Source: an uncultured Caulobacterales bacterium
GTDB lineage: Bacteria; Pseudomonadota; Alphaproteobacteria; Caulobacterales; Maricaulaceae
Assembly (NCBI GenBank): GCA_937929915.1
Contig: CALFUN010000037.1
Span: 20,676 to 84,675 of the forward strand
DNA length: 64,000 nucleotides
Direction: 5' to 3'
Positions 49,901-58,548 of this stretch are shown piece by piece. Position 1 is the stretch's first letter. Every line of letters starts with the position of its first letter. Position numbers and translations under genes: made by a program. The notes under the pieces are model-generated. The model saw nothing but the letters and a program-made list of their open reading frames with translations. It had not been told where the DNA came from and did not search any database.

Positions 49901-50355
49901 TCGCGGAAACGATTGCTTCGGAACCTGATCCGTTACAGCAAGAGCTTTTGACAACAGACCAAGCAACCGTTAGCGATCTTTTGGGCGTTATTGGAATTCC
50001 AGAATGGATTTTCAATTTTGGTGTGAATTGGGAATACGGTAAGTGGAATGTCGGCGGAACAGTCAGATTTGAAGACTCAACGTCACAATTTACGAATGCG
50101 GCTCTAACCGATGTCGAAATTGTGGGTGGTCAGGTTGTTGTATCTGACAATGAGGGCCTGGCAGACCCATCGCAGCTTTTCACAGGGAGCAGTGCTGAGT
50201 TAGACCTCAACGTGAACTATGAATTCTCTGAAAAATTGGGACTTTATGGTGGGATCAGTAATGTAACCGACAGAGAGCCATTCTTAGGATCCTTATCTCG
50301 GCCTGTTGGCCCGCGCGGACGGTTCTTCTTTATGGGCGTTCGAGGACAGTTCTAA
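46981..50355 (+). CDS. TonB-dependent receptor, 1124 aa
   Basis: Signal peptide, TonB box EIIVTGSRI, plug motifs LRGLG..RTLVL.DGRR and SVYGADAVSGVVN, C-terminal Phe. Confidence 0.95.
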   Translation: MKHRTNLKTYLKSSCGVLTLALMGSVMATSAQAQDSSEETDEIIVTGSRIATDAALTAPSPVQSLTIDDFRNSGDIDIATSLRNIPALQGSDPASLASAQGLVATGASTLDLRGLGSNRTLVLQDGRRHVPGIGGTAIVDISAIPQALIKRTEVLTGGASSVYGADAVSGVVNFITRTGRDFDGIEYRFQGGISDEGDAEDFFGSIATGGTFGDDRGSAVFAAEIAHSTSIVNGDRPNFAGSGFSSLNNSNAFLNGILGLAPNSEQAFVPNRTLPVSSAGSTIAVDPTPFAFPFGALGSFVNNFTPGVDVVPTIPGTDIPVLQIIDPVTGNVRAFNPGISTGSFNAIGGDGIPVGNVAPDLTLIPEITRFVTSAAVDYELHENVTFFAEGKLTFTEAESIAGIPFSDDIPIALDNPFLPAEIQAQIPILDALIPDTSPSIFVARDNLGSEVGAGNRTERSTIRAAAGFRGEIPGLGFDYEASYTYGRTDIDSNNVRSRLNDRYFTAIDAVALTAADLDGTNPNVAFGAGGVGTLNAIRAGQDLVIDAGSAQVGDIVCRSELTGLPAPAALFVGGPPLFANGTTINGTDVSSATRPVTFQIGDGTCAPVNILGTNSIQGAGADFAFVDLENDTIITQEQVLLTVSGDSSEFFELPAGPIGFAAGFEYREDTSQFTPNAFFSIEGLVVENNSVPIFASPTDGQGIEVYEGFGEIKVPLLKDLPFAKYLEVSAAGRISDYNTIGNTETYSVGGIYQPKDWFTLRGTYARAIRAPNIGELFAPQAAAFIGVDADPCDDGNINNGSSNRVANCALFVPPNFNSADELTAFVTGTTGGNPNLIEETSDSFTIGGVFQPSGILNGWLDNLVVVADYYDIEITDAVGSLTGQAIASACVDLPSINNQFCDSVQRASIADGGEITGFQSGNINLAELRARGVDFDIRYNFDLPSYNGNDLGSIQTSLVGTRFIERFTESDPVIAETIASEPDPLQQELLTTDQATVSDLLGVIGIPEWIFNFGVNWEYGKWNVGGTVRFEDSTSQFTNAALTDVEIVGGQVVVSDNEGLADPSQLFTGSSAELDLNVNYEFSEKLGLYGGISNVTDREPFLGSLSRPVGPRGRFFFMGVRGQF

Positions 50356-50384
50356 ACGAGTAACACAACATAAAATAAAATTCG

Positions 50385-50410
50385 GCACCCGGTTCATCCG
50401 GGTGTTTTTT
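50385..50410 (+). terminator. Intrinsic terminator
   Basis: GCACCCGG-TTCAT-CCGGGTGT followed by TTTTT. Confidence 0.8.
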
Positions 50411-50505
50411 GTCTTGATGACATGAACTGTAATTTCGATTACCTGTTATCATATTATTCATTAAAACCAGACCCACAGCTTTCGAGCATCTTTGGTAGAT
50501 GTGAG

Positions 50506-51108
50506 TTATTCGGTGATCAAGCGCTTGCTAGATAAAACATCAATTTTTGCAGGTGTATAGAATTGCATATGGGATAATTCAGTGATGAGTATATCAAACG
50601 CATTGCTGGTGGCTACGATCACATTGTCCAATCCGAGGACTTGACCATTTTCGATTTTACGATTGACTAAATTCGCAGCTTTTGTATCCAATGTAATCAA
50701 ATAGCTTTTAGCTTTTCTATGAACTTGCCTGACCATCATACCTTCTAGGTCAGCTTGTTTATATCGTTCTCGTAGGCTTGTTTTTGCTGATAAAATTATG
50801 GGGCCAAACTTTCGGCTATAAGCTACAAAATCAAATTCTACATTCGGGACAAATGAGAGCATAGCTTCGACATATAACGGGCGAATATTTGATCTATATA
50901 GTAATGTTGCGAGTAATCCCTCAAAGACTTTACCATTAAGGGAGGATGGCAAGCCATCAGGGTATCTATCTCATAAAGTGCGGATAAACTCTGAAGGCGT
51001 ATGGTAGTTTAAGCGTAAAATATCAGAGAAATATGTATCAAAAGCTTCTTTAACTTTTGGCCCAGATATTAGATTTTTATTTGCTAACATGTCTGATGTT
51101 AACATCAT
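50506..51108 (-). pseudogene. Type II restriction endonuclease (PD-(D/E)XK) interrupted by an in-frame TGA at 50971-50973
   Basis: Frame runs from ATG 51108 (ATGA overlap with the MTase stop) to TAA 50506 with a single stop at codon 46; motifs NGKVFE, FD and SAKTSLRERYKQ. Confidence 0.8.
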
Positions 51109-52058
51109 GACTTATTATAATCAGATTTATTGTTGAGGTAGTCTATTATGTTTTTTGCAGTCGCTTGCACGGCAGGAACAGCCACAGAGTTTCCTAATTG
51201 TTTCATAGCTTGTGTTTCGGAAACAGGAAAAATAAAATCATCTGGCAGTCCCATCATTTTTTTACCTTCTTTTGAGGTTAGCCGTATGATGTCTCCATTC
51301 ACAGAATAACAATCCCAGTTTCGTCTATCCAAGATACCAGAGCCGCGTCCTCCAACGCGTAAAGTGTATCCTATGGCTTTGTTGCAGGGTTTTCCAAATA
51401 TATCTGACATTGTTTGCTTTAAAGGTATAGGGTCGGGGAATTTGAAATTGCTATCTTGTGTCTTTTCCCCCTTAAAGCCTACCATAAAAATTCTAGGTCG
51501 ATGCTGAGGTAAGCCATGATCCGATGCTTTCACCATTTTATAATGAAAAGAGTAATTAAGGCCTTCTAATAATTTACGGACTGTATCAAATGTTTTGCCA
51601 TCATCATGGTTTTTGATATGCCTAACATTTTCTAAGAAAAAAGCGGGAGGCTGTTTATGCTTAAGAATGTCAATAATATCAAAAAATAGATTGCCTCTAT
51701 TGTCTTTTGAATCGTGAAACCCCTTTTTAAACCCTGCTTGAGAAAATGGCTGACATGGAAATCCTGCACATAATATGTCAAATTCAGGCACATCAGATAG
51801 ATTAAGATCTTTAATGTCGCCGATGAATCTGTTTTCATGAAAGAGTTGAGGCGATATTTTAGAGTGATTAGCGATGTATGTTTTGCGGGCGTAAGGATTT
51901 ATTTCTGAGGCAAACACACATTGGGCGCCCAGATTATGTAAAGCCAAATGAAACCCACCAATACCTGCAAATAAATCGATGAATTTATAACGCGGTTTTG
52001 CATCTTGCTGCGAAGGCGTAAATTGATTTTGCCAGTGATGATTCACGGATGCTCCCAC
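51105..52058 (-). CDS. C5 DNA cytosine methyltransferase (type II RM)
   Basis: FIDLFAGIGG, GFPCQPFS, ENV, PQHRPR and QLGNSV motifs; GTG start with GGAG RBS. Confidence 0.95.
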   Translation of the reverse strand: MGASVNHHWQNQFTPSQQDAKPRYKFIDLFAGIGGFHLALHNLGAQCVFASEINPYARKTYIANHSKISPQLFHENRFIGDIKDLNLSDVPEFDILCAGFPCQPFSQAGFKKGFHDSKDNRGNLFFDIIDILKHKQPPAFFLENVRHIKNHDDGKTFDTVRKLLEGLNYSFHYKMVKASDHGLPQHRPRIFMVGFKGEKTQDSNFKFPDPIPLKQTMSDIFGKPCNKAIGYTLRVGGRGSGILDRRNWDCYSVNGDIIRLTSKEGKKMMGLPDDFIFPVSETQAMKQLGNSVAVPAVQATAKNIIDYLNNKSDYNKS

Positions 52059-52180
52059 GGATTCTCCAAGGTTTCTACGCCTTCATCTCATGAATATGTA
52101 ACAAGCTTCAAGTGATTATTGAAGTCTCTTTCATAAAGCCATGCTTATAAGAATAGCTTAAAACCAAGAACACTTACTTC

Positions 52181-54601
52181 CTAAAATCCGCCATCGGCCT
52201 CAGGTAAGAATATTTCGCGTTTACCGCCAGAGCCGCTTGGGCCGATCATGCCTTCGCCTTCCATACGCTCTATAAGGTCGGCAGCGCGGTTATAGCCAAT
52301 AGATAATTTGCGCTGAATATAGGATGTACTGGCTTTGCGGTCGCGTGCAACAATTTCTACGGCTTGATCAAACAGAGAGTTCCCACCGCTCCCGCTCGGT
52401 TTTCCTGAATCCGCGGAAGGTTCTTCGCGCTCTGTGGTGATGTCCTCAAGATAGCTTGGCGCGCCTTGGGCTTTGACGAATTTCGCTATGCGCTCGACTT
52501 CGCCGTCTGATACAAATGGCCCGTGATAACGACGCGGGCGGCCTGTGCCCATAAAGAGCATGTCGCCATTGCCAAGGAGTTGCTCACCGCCTTGTTCGCC
52601 CAAAATTGTGCGGCTATCGATTTTAGACCCAACACGGAAGGAAATACGCGTTGGGAAATTGGCTTTAATCGTTCCTGTAATCACATCAACAGATGGACGC
52701 TGTGTGGCCATAATCATGTGAATGCCAGCGGCCCGAGCCATTTGCGCAAGGCGCTGCACGCTGCCTTCAATATCTTTCTTCGCAACCATCATAAGGTCTG
52801 CCATTTCATCGATAATTACGACGATATAGGGCATGGCTTCAAATTCTAACTCTTCGGTTTCATATTCAGGCTCGCCGCTTTCCTTATTGTAACCTGTCAT
52901 CACCGTACGGGAGAGCGTTTCACCTGTGGCTTTGAACTCGGCGACTTTCTCATTAAAACCTGCCATATTCCGCACGCCAATTTTTGCCATTTTACGGTAG
53001 CGATCTTCCATCTCGCGCACAGTCCATTTCAGGGCCACAACCGCTTTTTTCGGCTCTGTCACCACAGGGGCGAGCAAATGCGGGGCTCCGTCATAGACGG
53101 ATAGCTCAAGCATTTTGGGATCAATCATGATAAATTTACACTTCTCTGGCGGCAATTTATACATCAATGATAAGATCATGGAATTGACGGCTACGGATTT
53201 ACCAGATCCTGTTGTACCCGCGACGAGCAAATGCGGCATTTTTGATAAATCTGTAACAAAAGGCGAGCCGCCAATATCCTCGCCCATAATAAGCGGCAAG
53301 GCTGCATCAGAATTTTGGAAGGCATCAGAGGCGAGCATATCACGTAGCCAAACAGTTTCGCGGCGATGATTTGGCATCTCAATCCCCATGGCATTACGGC
53401 CTGGCACAACAGCAATCCGCGCCGATTGCGCCGTCATGTTTCGGGCAATGTCATCGGAGAGATTAATGACGCGCTGGGATTTGACGCCTGCTGCGGGTTC
53501 AAATTCAAATAAGGTGACAACGGGGCCAGGGCGGACATCACCCATTTCGCCTTCAATCCCGTAATCTCCTAATACGCGGTGAAGATTTTCCGAAGCCCGG
53601 CGCAATGCGCCTTCATCGCGAATGGTTGAGCGCGGCGGCGGCATTTTGAGCAAATCAAGGCCTGGTAAGACAAAATCTGTTTCGCCCGAAAAATCAAATT
53701 CAGGGGCTTTGGGTTTGGCTTTACGGCGGGCGCGCGGTTTGGCGGCGGGCTCGGCTTTTAAGTCTTGCATGGTCGTGGGTTTAACGGGGGCCGGCGTAGG
53801 TGTTATGGCCGCTTGCGGTGTATCAGGCACACCACGATAGATCATATCTGCCGCGCCCTCTGGGTTGATTTCAGCCTCATAGCCTTTACGGAATAGGCGC
53901 ATAATAAATCCTGCGGCGCGGTCAATGCCAATACGAATATACGCCCAAACCAAACCTGCAGCATCTGCAATATCTACAAGGTCGCGGCGAACGATACGTA
54001 AGTAACGGGCCAAAGCATATGCGGCTATAGCAAAGCTTAACAGCGCAATGATAGCGCCAGATAAAGGTATGTTGAAATTATCCAAAATAGCTTTGGCGTT
54101 AAGATGAAATATATCTCCAATCCAGCCGCCAAGCCCTGCTGCCATAGGCCAGCTTTGCGGAATCGGAAAGGCGGATAAGGTGGCCGTTCCAAAAATGACA
54201 ACGGCTATGCCAAGGACAATACGCTGCGCCCGGTCAAAGCGGCTGCCTTTAGGTTTTGGGCGTAAAATACGCTTGGTACCAGATATGATGAAAAGTCCTG
54301 CAACGATTAGCGCGCCCCAGCCTAGAACCTGCATTAAAATATTTGAAATTTTGGCACCGTTAGGGCCGAGTAAATTTGATACAGAACCCAAGCCTGCCGT
54401 ATCGCCTGTACTGTCAAACGGGTTATAACTTAAGATACAGAGCGTGATAGCCAAACCAAATCCGATCATGGCTAATGCGATAACTGCGCGTTTAAAGGCG
54501 CCGCCCTGTTGTGCTTGCAGCTCTTCCATCATGGCGTGAATATCTTCAGGCGCATAATTCATATGGGAGGCATTCGCGGTAGCAGAGGGCGGAGGTGTCA
54601 T
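52181..54601 (-). CDS. ftsK: DNA translocase FtsK (N-terminal TM domain, RecA-like motor, gamma domain)
   Basis: PHLLVAGTTGSGKS, IDEMADLM, ATQRPSVDVITG and STSYIQRKLSIGYNRAA motifs. Confidence 0.96.
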   Translation of the reverse strand: MTPPPSATANASHMNYAPEDIHAMMEELQAQQGGAFKRAVIALAMIGFGLAITLCILSYNPFDSTGDTAGLGSVSNLLGPNGAKISNILMQVLGWGALIVAGLFIISGTKRILRPKPKGSRFDRAQRIVLGIAVVIFGTATLSAFPIPQSWPMAAGLGGWIGDIFHLNAKAILDNFNIPLSGAIIALLSFAIAAYALARYLRIVRRDLVDIADAAGLVWAYIRIGIDRAAGFIMRLFRKGYEAEINPEGAADMIYRGVPDTPQAAITPTPAPVKPTTMQDLKAEPAAKPRARRKAKPKAPEFDFSGETDFVLPGLDLLKMPPPRSTIRDEGALRRASENLHRVLGDYGIEGEMGDVRPGPVVTLFEFEPAAGVKSQRVINLSDDIARNMTAQSARIAVVPGRNAMGIEMPNHRRETVWLRDMLASDAFQNSDAALPLIMGEDIGGSPFVTDLSKMPHLLVAGTTGSGKSVAVNSMILSLMYKLPPEKCKFIMIDPKMLELSVYDGAPHLLAPVVTEPKKAVVALKWTVREMEDRYRKMAKIGVRNMAGFNEKVAEFKATGETLSRTVMTGYNKESGEPEYETEELEFEAMPYIVVIIDEMADLMMVAKKDIEGSVQRLAQMARAAGIHMIMATQRPSVDVITGTIKANFPTRISFRVGSKIDSRTILGEQGGEQLLGNGDMLFMGTGRPRRYHGPFVSDGEVERIAKFVKAQGAPSYLEDITTEREEPSADSGKPSGSGGNSLFDQAVEIVARDRKASTSYIQRKLSIGYNRAADLIERMEGEGMIGPSGSGGKREIFLPEADGGF

Positions 54602-54734
54602 AAAAGTCCTTCAAATTATATGACCTAAGTGTGAAGGAAAGGCGTAAATGCTGGGTTAATAGAGCTTTTAAATATAGATAAAATACAACAATTAGGGGGT
54701 TTTCGTAATGTTCGAAATAACATAAGATGGGTGT

Positions 54735-55916
54735 GTGAAAACGAACTTTGATATTCTCCTTATTGGTGCAGGCCTTGTCGGTCTGTCTGCTGCGGTCGCT
54801 TGTGCGCAATCGGGTGTATCGGTGGCTGTGATAGACCGCCGCACGCAAGATGATATGCCCGAAGATTACCGCGCCTCTGCAATCGCAGCGAGCAGCCTGC
54901 GCATGTTAGAGCGATTAGGCGTGCGTTTGGGCGCTAAGGCTGAACCGATTTTAGACATGATGGCCTATGAAGCTTCGCAAGCTGCGCCGTGGAAAATTCA
55001 TTTCGATGAAGCTGATAAATTAGGCGTCATGATTGAAAATAAATATTTGCGGCAGGCTTTATGGGCCGCTTTTGAGGGCCTTGATAATACGCTTATGATT
55101 GCGCCTGCGCAAATTACACAGCATAGCCATGATGCAAATGGCGTTGAGCTACATTTGGCCGGGCAGGACGCTCCGTTGCGCGCAAAACTCCTTATCGCGG
55201 CAGATGGCCGAAACTCTTATATACGCAGAGCGGCAGGCATAAATGTACAAAGTACAGATTATACTCAACGCGCGCTCATTACGATTATCAAGCATAGTTT
55301 GCCCCATAAAGGTTTGGCTTTACAACGCTTTATGCGCGGCGGCCCGCTGGCTGTACTGCCTTTACCGGGCAATCGTAGCCAGATTGTCTGGTCAGATAAA
55401 ACGGCGGCTGTGACAGCTTTAGAGCAATTTAGCGAAGCTGACTTTTGTGATATTTTAACGGATCGTATGGGTGATTATCTTGGAACTGTAGCCCTAGAGA
55501 CACCGCGTCAATCCTATCCGCTAATTTTGCAAGTCGCAGATAGGTTTTCCGCCCCGCGCTTGGCGCTTATTGGCGATGCGGCACATGTGATACATCCGCT
55601 TGCGGGCCAAGGTCTGAATTTAGGACTACGTGATGTCGCAGCGCTTGCTGAAGGTATTGATCTGGCGCAGAAACGCGGATTGGATATAGGAGTTGCAGGC
55701 TTGATTGATTATAATATTTGGCGTAATATCGACGTGCGCCTCATGGGCGCAGTGACGCATAGCTTAAATAAAGCGTTTGGCGTTAAAAACCCTGTATTTG
55801 GTCATATGAGACGGCTAGCTCTCAAGACTATAAACGAAATGTCGCCAGTAAAAGAGTTATTTATGCAAGATGCGGCTGGTGAGTTAGGAGAGTTACCTAA
55901 AATTATGCACATCTAA
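54735..55916 (+). CDS. UbiH/UbiF/VisC-family FAD-dependent monooxygenase
   Basis: GAGLVG, ADGRNS and GDAAHVIHPLAGQGLNLG motifs. Confidence 0.9.
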   Translation: MKTNFDILLIGAGLVGLSAAVACAQSGVSVAVIDRRTQDDMPEDYRASAIAASSLRMLERLGVRLGAKAEPILDMMAYEASQAAPWKIHFDEADKLGVMIENKYLRQALWAAFEGLDNTLMIAPAQITQHSHDANGVELHLAGQDAPLRAKLLIAADGRNSYIRRAAGINVQSTDYTQRALITIIKHSLPHKGLALQRFMRGGPLAVLPLPGNRSQIVWSDKTAAVTALEQFSEADFCDILTDRMGDYLGTVALETPRQSYPLILQVADRFSAPRLALIGDAAHVIHPLAGQGLNLGLRDVAALAEGIDLAQKRGLDIGVAGLIDYNIWRNIDVRLMGAVTHSLNKAFGVKNPVFGHMRRLALKTINEMSPVKELFMQDAAGELGELPKIMHI

Positions 55917-56004
55917 TTGAACTTTTGTGTGTTTTTATCTGTTTCCAAGCGATAAAAAAACGTTCAGATAGTGTTCAGGTAAATTTGCTTAAAATAGCAA
56001 TCAA

Positions 56005-56100
56005 TCTTACCGTGGGGGGTAAGACATAGATCGGTGCTGGACATTGCGCCCCGTTTCAGTACCGTAGCCCTGCCATCTTCGGATGGTAGGGCGTTTTTTT
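56005..56100 (+). ncRNA. Candidate three-hairpin small RNA ending in a UUCG-capped intrinsic terminator
   Basis: Stems at 56005-56024, 56032-56064 and 56067-56092 followed by T7; no family recognised. Confidence 0.45.
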
Positions 56101-56172
56101 AGCATAAGCTATTGTTTTAACAGGTTTTAAGGCGATAGCTTTTTAATCTAGTTTAATCCTACATTGACTTGT

Positions 56173-57264
56173 TCATTGCGCGGTTTTCATGTGGATAGTC
56201 TGCGCGCGATGGGCAAAATCAGAAAAAAGCGCGGCATCCGTACCTGTCATAAAAATTTGTGTGCCAAGGTCGAGGAGTTCTTCGGCCAAAGCCGCGCGGC
56301 GCGCCGAATCTAGATGCGCGGCCACTTCGTCGAGCAATAATATGGGCTGCATATGCGACTGCGCGCGCGCATGGGCTAGGATAAGCCCAATCAATAAGGC
56401 TTTTTGCTCGCCCGTTGAACATTGTGCGGCGGGCATGGCTTTGGCTGCGTGCGTCACAGAGAGTTCCATGCGGTGCGGGCCAATCAACGTACGGCCAGCG
56501 CGCATATCTGTTATTCGGGTCGCCGCAAGTTGCTCGCGAAAGGCAAATTCTACGTCTTCAAAATTTTGCAGTTCTGCGAAAAGCGTTTCAATATGGCCTT
56601 CAAGTTTTAAGATAGATTTAGGGAAAATAGAATCACGTGCATTAATCGCGTCTTGTAAGCGGGTCACGGTTTCAATTCTCGCGCGGGTGATATTTGTCCC
56701 TTGTATGGCAAGGTCGGCTTCAAGGGCTTCATACCAGCCAGCGTCTTGGATACCATCAGAGAGTAGCCTATTGCGTTCCGCACGGGCTTTTTCATAGCGC
56801 AAACTCGCAATGCCATGTTGCGGGTTATGGGTTAAAGCGAAACGATCAAGGAATTTACGCCGATCCCCTGCTGGCCCTGTAAAGAGGCGGTCTTGGGCAG
56901 GGGTAAGCCACATGATCGCGAGTAAGTGTGCGAGTTGCGGTCCTGTTGCAGTTTTCCCGTCAATTTTTACGGTGCGCCGCCGTGGATGTTCGGGGACTTG
57001 CCCGATAGATATGCGCTCGCCGCTATCTAAAATAGCATTAATCCCCCAAGCGGGTGCGCGTGTCTCTTTGTCCATGCGCGCCAGACTATCCATAGATGCA
57101 CGGCGTAACCCGCGGCCAGGCGAGAGCAGAGAGATAGCTTCTAAAAGATTAGTTTTTCCGACGCCATTTGGGCCATATATAACGACAGGGCCATTTTTAA
57201 GCGGTATATCAAGCCCTGCATATGAGCGAAAATCAACAAGACGGAGTGATGTTAGAAAAGCCAT
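56173..57264 (-). CDS. recF: DNA replication/repair protein RecF
   Basis: GPNGVGKTNLLEA, STGEQKALL and LLLDEV motifs. Confidence 0.95.
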   Translation of the reverse strand: MAFLTSLRLVDFRSYAGLDIPLKNGPVVIYGPNGVGKTNLLEAISLLSPGRGLRRASMDSLARMDKETRAPAWGINAILDSGERISIGQVPEHPRRRTVKIDGKTATGPQLAHLLAIMWLTPAQDRLFTGPAGDRRKFLDRFALTHNPQHGIASLRYEKARAERNRLLSDGIQDAGWYEALEADLAIQGTNITRARIETVTRLQDAINARDSIFPKSILKLEGHIETLFAELQNFEDVEFAFREQLAATRITDMRAGRTLIGPHRMELSVTHAAKAMPAAQCSTGEQKALLIGLILAHARAQSHMQPILLLDEVAAHLDSARRAALAEELLDLGTQIFMTGTDAALFSDFAHRAQTIHMKTAQ

Positions 57265-57291
57265 ATGGAAAGATGCAGGCGGCTTTGCATA

Positions 57292-58395
57292 TTAAACCCT
57301 GAGCGGCATAAGAACGAAAAGTGAGTTCTCGTCTTCACTATCCTTGACCAAAGCAGGGCTGGCTGGACTATCAAGCCAGAAAGTCGCGTCGCGTCCTTCG
57401 ATTTGATTGGTGACATCGAGTAAATATTTTGCGTTAAAGCCAATTTCGAGCGAATCTGCACTGTAATCCACGCGCAAATCTTCATGGGCGTTACCGCTTT
57501 CAGGGTTATTGACGCTTAGAGCCAGGCTATCCGTTGATAAAGCCATTTTGATGCTTCGAGATTTCTCAGCAGAAATTGTAGCCACGCGGTCAACGGCATC
57601 GGCGAAGACTTTATTGTCGATAGTGAGTTCTTTCTCATTACCTTTTGGAATGACGCGCTCATAATCTGGGAATGTGCCATCAATGAGTTTTGAAGTCAGG
57701 ACAGCCGACCCGACCGTGAAGCGAATTTTGGCGTCTGATAAGCTCAAGGTTACATCTGCGTCCATCCCATCAATGAGGCGGCGAATTTCCGCGACAGTTT
57801 TGCGCGGGATAATAATGCCTGGCAACCCGTCTGCACCTGCAGGTAATTCGCTTTCTGCCAATGCAAGGCGATGTCCATCTGTCGCAACGCAGCGCAGCAC
57901 ATTATTATGGGCGTGCATATAAATGCCGTTTAAATAATAGCGGGTTTCCTCAGTAGAAATAGCAAAGCGTGTTTTATCGATCAGGCGGCGCAAGGCAGGG
58001 GCAGGCATAGAGAAATTATGCGTAAAGCCATCTGCCGTCATTTTCGGAAAATCTCCAGATGGTAATAATGGTAATGTAAAGTGCGAACGGCCAGCATCGA
58101 CATCCAAACGTTCTTCGGCATTAATTTGCAAGACAACTTGTGAGCCATCGGGCAATTTGCGGGCAATATCATACAGAGTATGCGCAGGCGCCGTGACTTG
58201 CCCGGGCGCGCTTATCTCTGCGCTTGTATCTTCGGACACTTCGATGTCGAGGTCTGTGGCAACAAATGTTAAGACATTATCCTGCGCGGTTAACAGCACA
58301 TTTGACAATATCGGAATTGTATTTCTACGCTCAACAACATTTTGAACATGCCCAAGGGCTTTGAGCAATGCACTACGTTCTATCGAAAGTCTCAT
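57292..58395 (-). CDS. dnaN: DNA polymerase III beta sliding clamp
   Basis: RNTIPILSNV, ATDGHRL, LIDGTFPDY and VLMPLR motifs. Confidence 0.97.
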   Translation of the reverse strand: MRLSIERSALLKALGHVQNVVERRNTIPILSNVLLTAQDNVLTFVATDLDIEVSEDTSAEISAPGQVTAPAHTLYDIARKLPDGSQVVLQINAEERLDVDAGRSHFTLPLLPSGDFPKMTADGFTHNFSMPAPALRRLIDKTRFAISTEETRYYLNGIYMHAHNNVLRCVATDGHRLALAESELPAGADGLPGIIIPRKTVAEIRRLIDGMDADVTLSLSDAKIRFTVGSAVLTSKLIDGTFPDYERVIPKGNEKELTIDNKVFADAVDRVATISAEKSRSIKMALSTDSLALSVNNPESGNAHEDLRVDYSADSLEIGFNAKYLLDVTNQIEGRDATFWLDSPASPALVKDSEDENSLFVLMPLRV

Positions 58396-58548
58396 CTGTT
58401 CGGCCTGTGTAATTATGAGCGCGCATCTATGGGCGGGCCCGTTCTAAATATTTGCTAAACCATAACCAAATTGCCCGTTTTGCCAAGTCTTTAGGCTGTG
58501 ATTTTTGAAGAAATTTATCACGGCGCGCGGCGTTTTTAGGACATGGCT

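Noticed and set aside
50971-50973. TGA recoded as Trp or Sec in the endonuclease
   Set aside because: TGA ends several normal genes in this window and there is no Cys-type catalytic context
52106-52124. CTTCAA-N7-TTGAAG inverted repeat upstream of the MTase
   Set aside because: Only 6 bp, and neither a C-protein gene nor an MTase N-terminal HTH is present to bind it
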